Source: Ancylonema sp. (lineage: Eukaryota). Taken from it: a DNA stretch of 64,000 bases. The notes under the pieces were generated by a model. The model did not search any database. It was not told where the DNA came from and saw nothing but the letters and a program-made list of their open reading frames with translations. A program made the position numbers and the translations under genes. Shown piece after piece: positions 61,961 to 64,000 of the stretch. Every line of letters starts with the position of its first letter. Position 1 is the stretch's first letter. The DNA lies in assembly GCA_050230475.1 (NCBI GenBank), contig JBFLGF010000067.1, positions 1-64,000 of the forward strand, read 5' to 3'.

Positions 61961-64000
61961 TTGCACTACAACGGCACTTTCCTCCTTCTCATCATCAGCC
62001 TATTGACTTTCGCGGCAGATCATATCCTACATGTGAGGAGTGGCTGACCTCACAAACCACCAAAAAACCCTAAACTCTCACCCCTAAACCCATAACCCCA
62101 AACCCTGAAACCTAGATCCGAAGTCCTGAACCAGTAACCCTAAACTATATGTCTCCTCTTCATGGTGCTTGGAGAGCAAGCTTTGGGCGATTCAGTCGGA
62201 TGGTTTGGTGTGTACTCAGAATCGATACCTCACAAAAGGCACTCTAGTGCAGTTCTGGTTCCGTTAACCGACACGGATTTGTGGGAAGCTTCCTGGCAGT
62301 TGCCTTCTGCTCGTTTCCTGTACCTGTACCACGCTTCCCCCCGCTGGTACCAATTCTTAACAGCCACCTTCTGCCATGCCAACTGGTGAGAGGGTGGGAC
62401 GGCTTGGGGGAATGTGAGGGTTGGGGACTCGATGGAATGTCAAACATGAACCTTGAATTTGGAGTGAGAAAATTTTGTATCATGTCACATCCAAGTATCT
62501 CCACATTTTGAAAGGCTCTAATATTTAGGAAGGCTCTAATGTGAACTCTCAGCTTTCCATCCGGACTCGTTAACGTAAACCCTTAAAAAGATCCTACTAA
62601 GGCCTGATTGAAAGGTTTGCAAATCTTATAAAAATAACGACGAATGGGGAAGGTCTCGGTGGGACGGGGGTTCGGTCCATAGTCCATCCTCTGACAGTGG
62701 TGAGGGTGGGGGGGGTGGGGTGGCAGGGCGCACCTCTCAGGCAACTTATTCTTTGTGTACATATTCGGTAAGCCCCAAATCTTAATCCCTGGATGCAGTG
62801 GAAGGCTTCAATTTAGGTTAATATTTAGGTTTCAGGGTCTATGGTCGAGAAAGTCTCCAGCTCAGGAGTTTGATTTTCCTCAATCTTGAGATGTGGTTTC
62901 AGAGCTGGCCTTTCCTATCTCTCAGAACCCAGCGGAATGGCAGAATGAATGGTAGAATGGCAGAATGGCAGAATGGCAGAATGGCAGAAAGGGAAGGTAA
63001 ACGTCTTTTGGGGCGGCAGGCAAGCTTGTGGAGGAGGAGGAGGGCAGCTTTGGCGTGTGGGCCTCTTACATCGTGACAGGTGTCGGGGCCAACATCCTCT
63101 CCTGGCTCCTCCTCCCCTCTGACTGCGTGTCCATGGGCGCGTCTGGCGCCGTGTTTGGCCTCTTTGTCGTAGCGGCACTGGTGAAGGTGAGATGATGTCA
63201 GCACGTGTGACGTGGCGGCTCCCCATTGGGTGGGCTTGCATGGGAGGGGTAGGGGGGGAGGAAGGGGAGGGAGAGGAGGGGGCAGGTGGAGGTCAGTGTG
63301 TTCCTCGCAGAACTGATGAGGTGGCAACATGGGAGGTTGTGGTGTGATGACATCAGCATGTGACGTCATCATGTGACGTCATCACGTGACGTCATCATAT
63401 GACGTTGTGCAGGCGCAGGAATGGGGGGAGGCTTTGTGGCTGGGTGTGAGGCACGCATGAGGTCCCGATTTTGAAGTGTGACCGGCGTTGCAGCATTCGT
63501 TTACGCTGTTACTGATGGGAAACGGGATTGTCCCCCCTCCCCCGTTGCAGCTCTCCTGGAATTGGCGTAAAATAATCGAGTTTGCGATTGTGGGTCAGTT
63601 TGTGGTCGAAAAGGTGAGTGCGCGCGCGCGTCAGAGTGTACGCCAGAGCACTCCAGGAAGCGGACCCTCTCTGTTTTTTCGTTTCAAAATTCTGCTCCCT
63701 TTGTTCGGAGAGAGCATCCACATCCATCCACATATATGAGGACCAATGCAAGCGGTTCGTGCCGTTGATGTGCCTGTATGAAGTTCAGAAGACCTTCTCT
63801 CGCTGACTGGCTGAGGGACGTTGCATCTGGGGCAGGAGATATCTGAAGCCCAGGCTTCGACCCGCATGGGGGGCCAGCTGACGGGGGTGGGAGGGATCAA
63901 CCATGTGGCTCATCTGGGAGGCGCTTTGATTGGGGTGCTCCTCATGTACCTTGTAACAAGGCTGCCTTTGGCGGGCGATAGTGGGAAAGATGGGAAAGGG
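61961..64000 (+). CDS. RBL11: Rhomboid-like protease, RBL11-like; first exon unresolved, 3' end runs off the window
   Basis: Exons 61961-62032, 62300-62385, 62727-62767, 63020-63186, 63551-63613 and 63836-64000. Motifs WYQFLTATFCHANW, HLSGNLFF, GKLVEEEEG, catalytic GASG and INHVAHLGGA. Confidence 0.92.
62935..62988 (+). repeat. (GAATGGCA)n intronic tandem repeat
   Basis: Directly visible. Confidence 0.9.
63348..63407. repeat. 13-bp tandem array of TGACGTCA palindromes in a rhomboid intron
   Basis: Exact copies at 63361, 63374 and 63387; degenerate copies at 63348 and 63400. Confidence 0.92.

Overview
Eukaryotic nuclear DNA with spliceosomal introns and plant-type proteins, most consistent with a streptophyte green alga or early-diverging plant (inferred from remembered protein similarity, not searched). 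The window is a scaffold of six contigs joined at single N bases (12616, 17137, 23427, 43445, 58186). About half is Ty1/Copia LTR retrotransposon sequence from at least four LTR families. Four copies keep exact 5-bp target-site duplications (TSDs): 538-5823, 6055-11190, 27919-33049 and 41680-42824; others are truncated or nested. Host genes reconstructed by hand: a truncated secreted fungal-type S41 peptidase-like gene, the 3' half of RAD1, a plant DNase I-like (EEP) gene, an ALA1-like P4-ATPase flippase, a rhodanese, the 5' part of mitoribosomal mL46 and an RBL11-like rhomboid. Most notable observations: (1) the EEP gene has a U12-type AT-AC intron and a Copia insertion inside a coding exon whose right end carries a PBS remnant; (2) the Copia families place the Gag ATG inside the LTR and read the PBS as G-I-R-A; (3) Copia sequence looks enriched in TCGA/GTCGAC; (4) one TSD-intact element has strongly discordant U3 regions; (5) a dispersed structured repeat occurs three times. 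I found no clearly new multi-gene system. Several oddities could be assembly or polishing artefacts.
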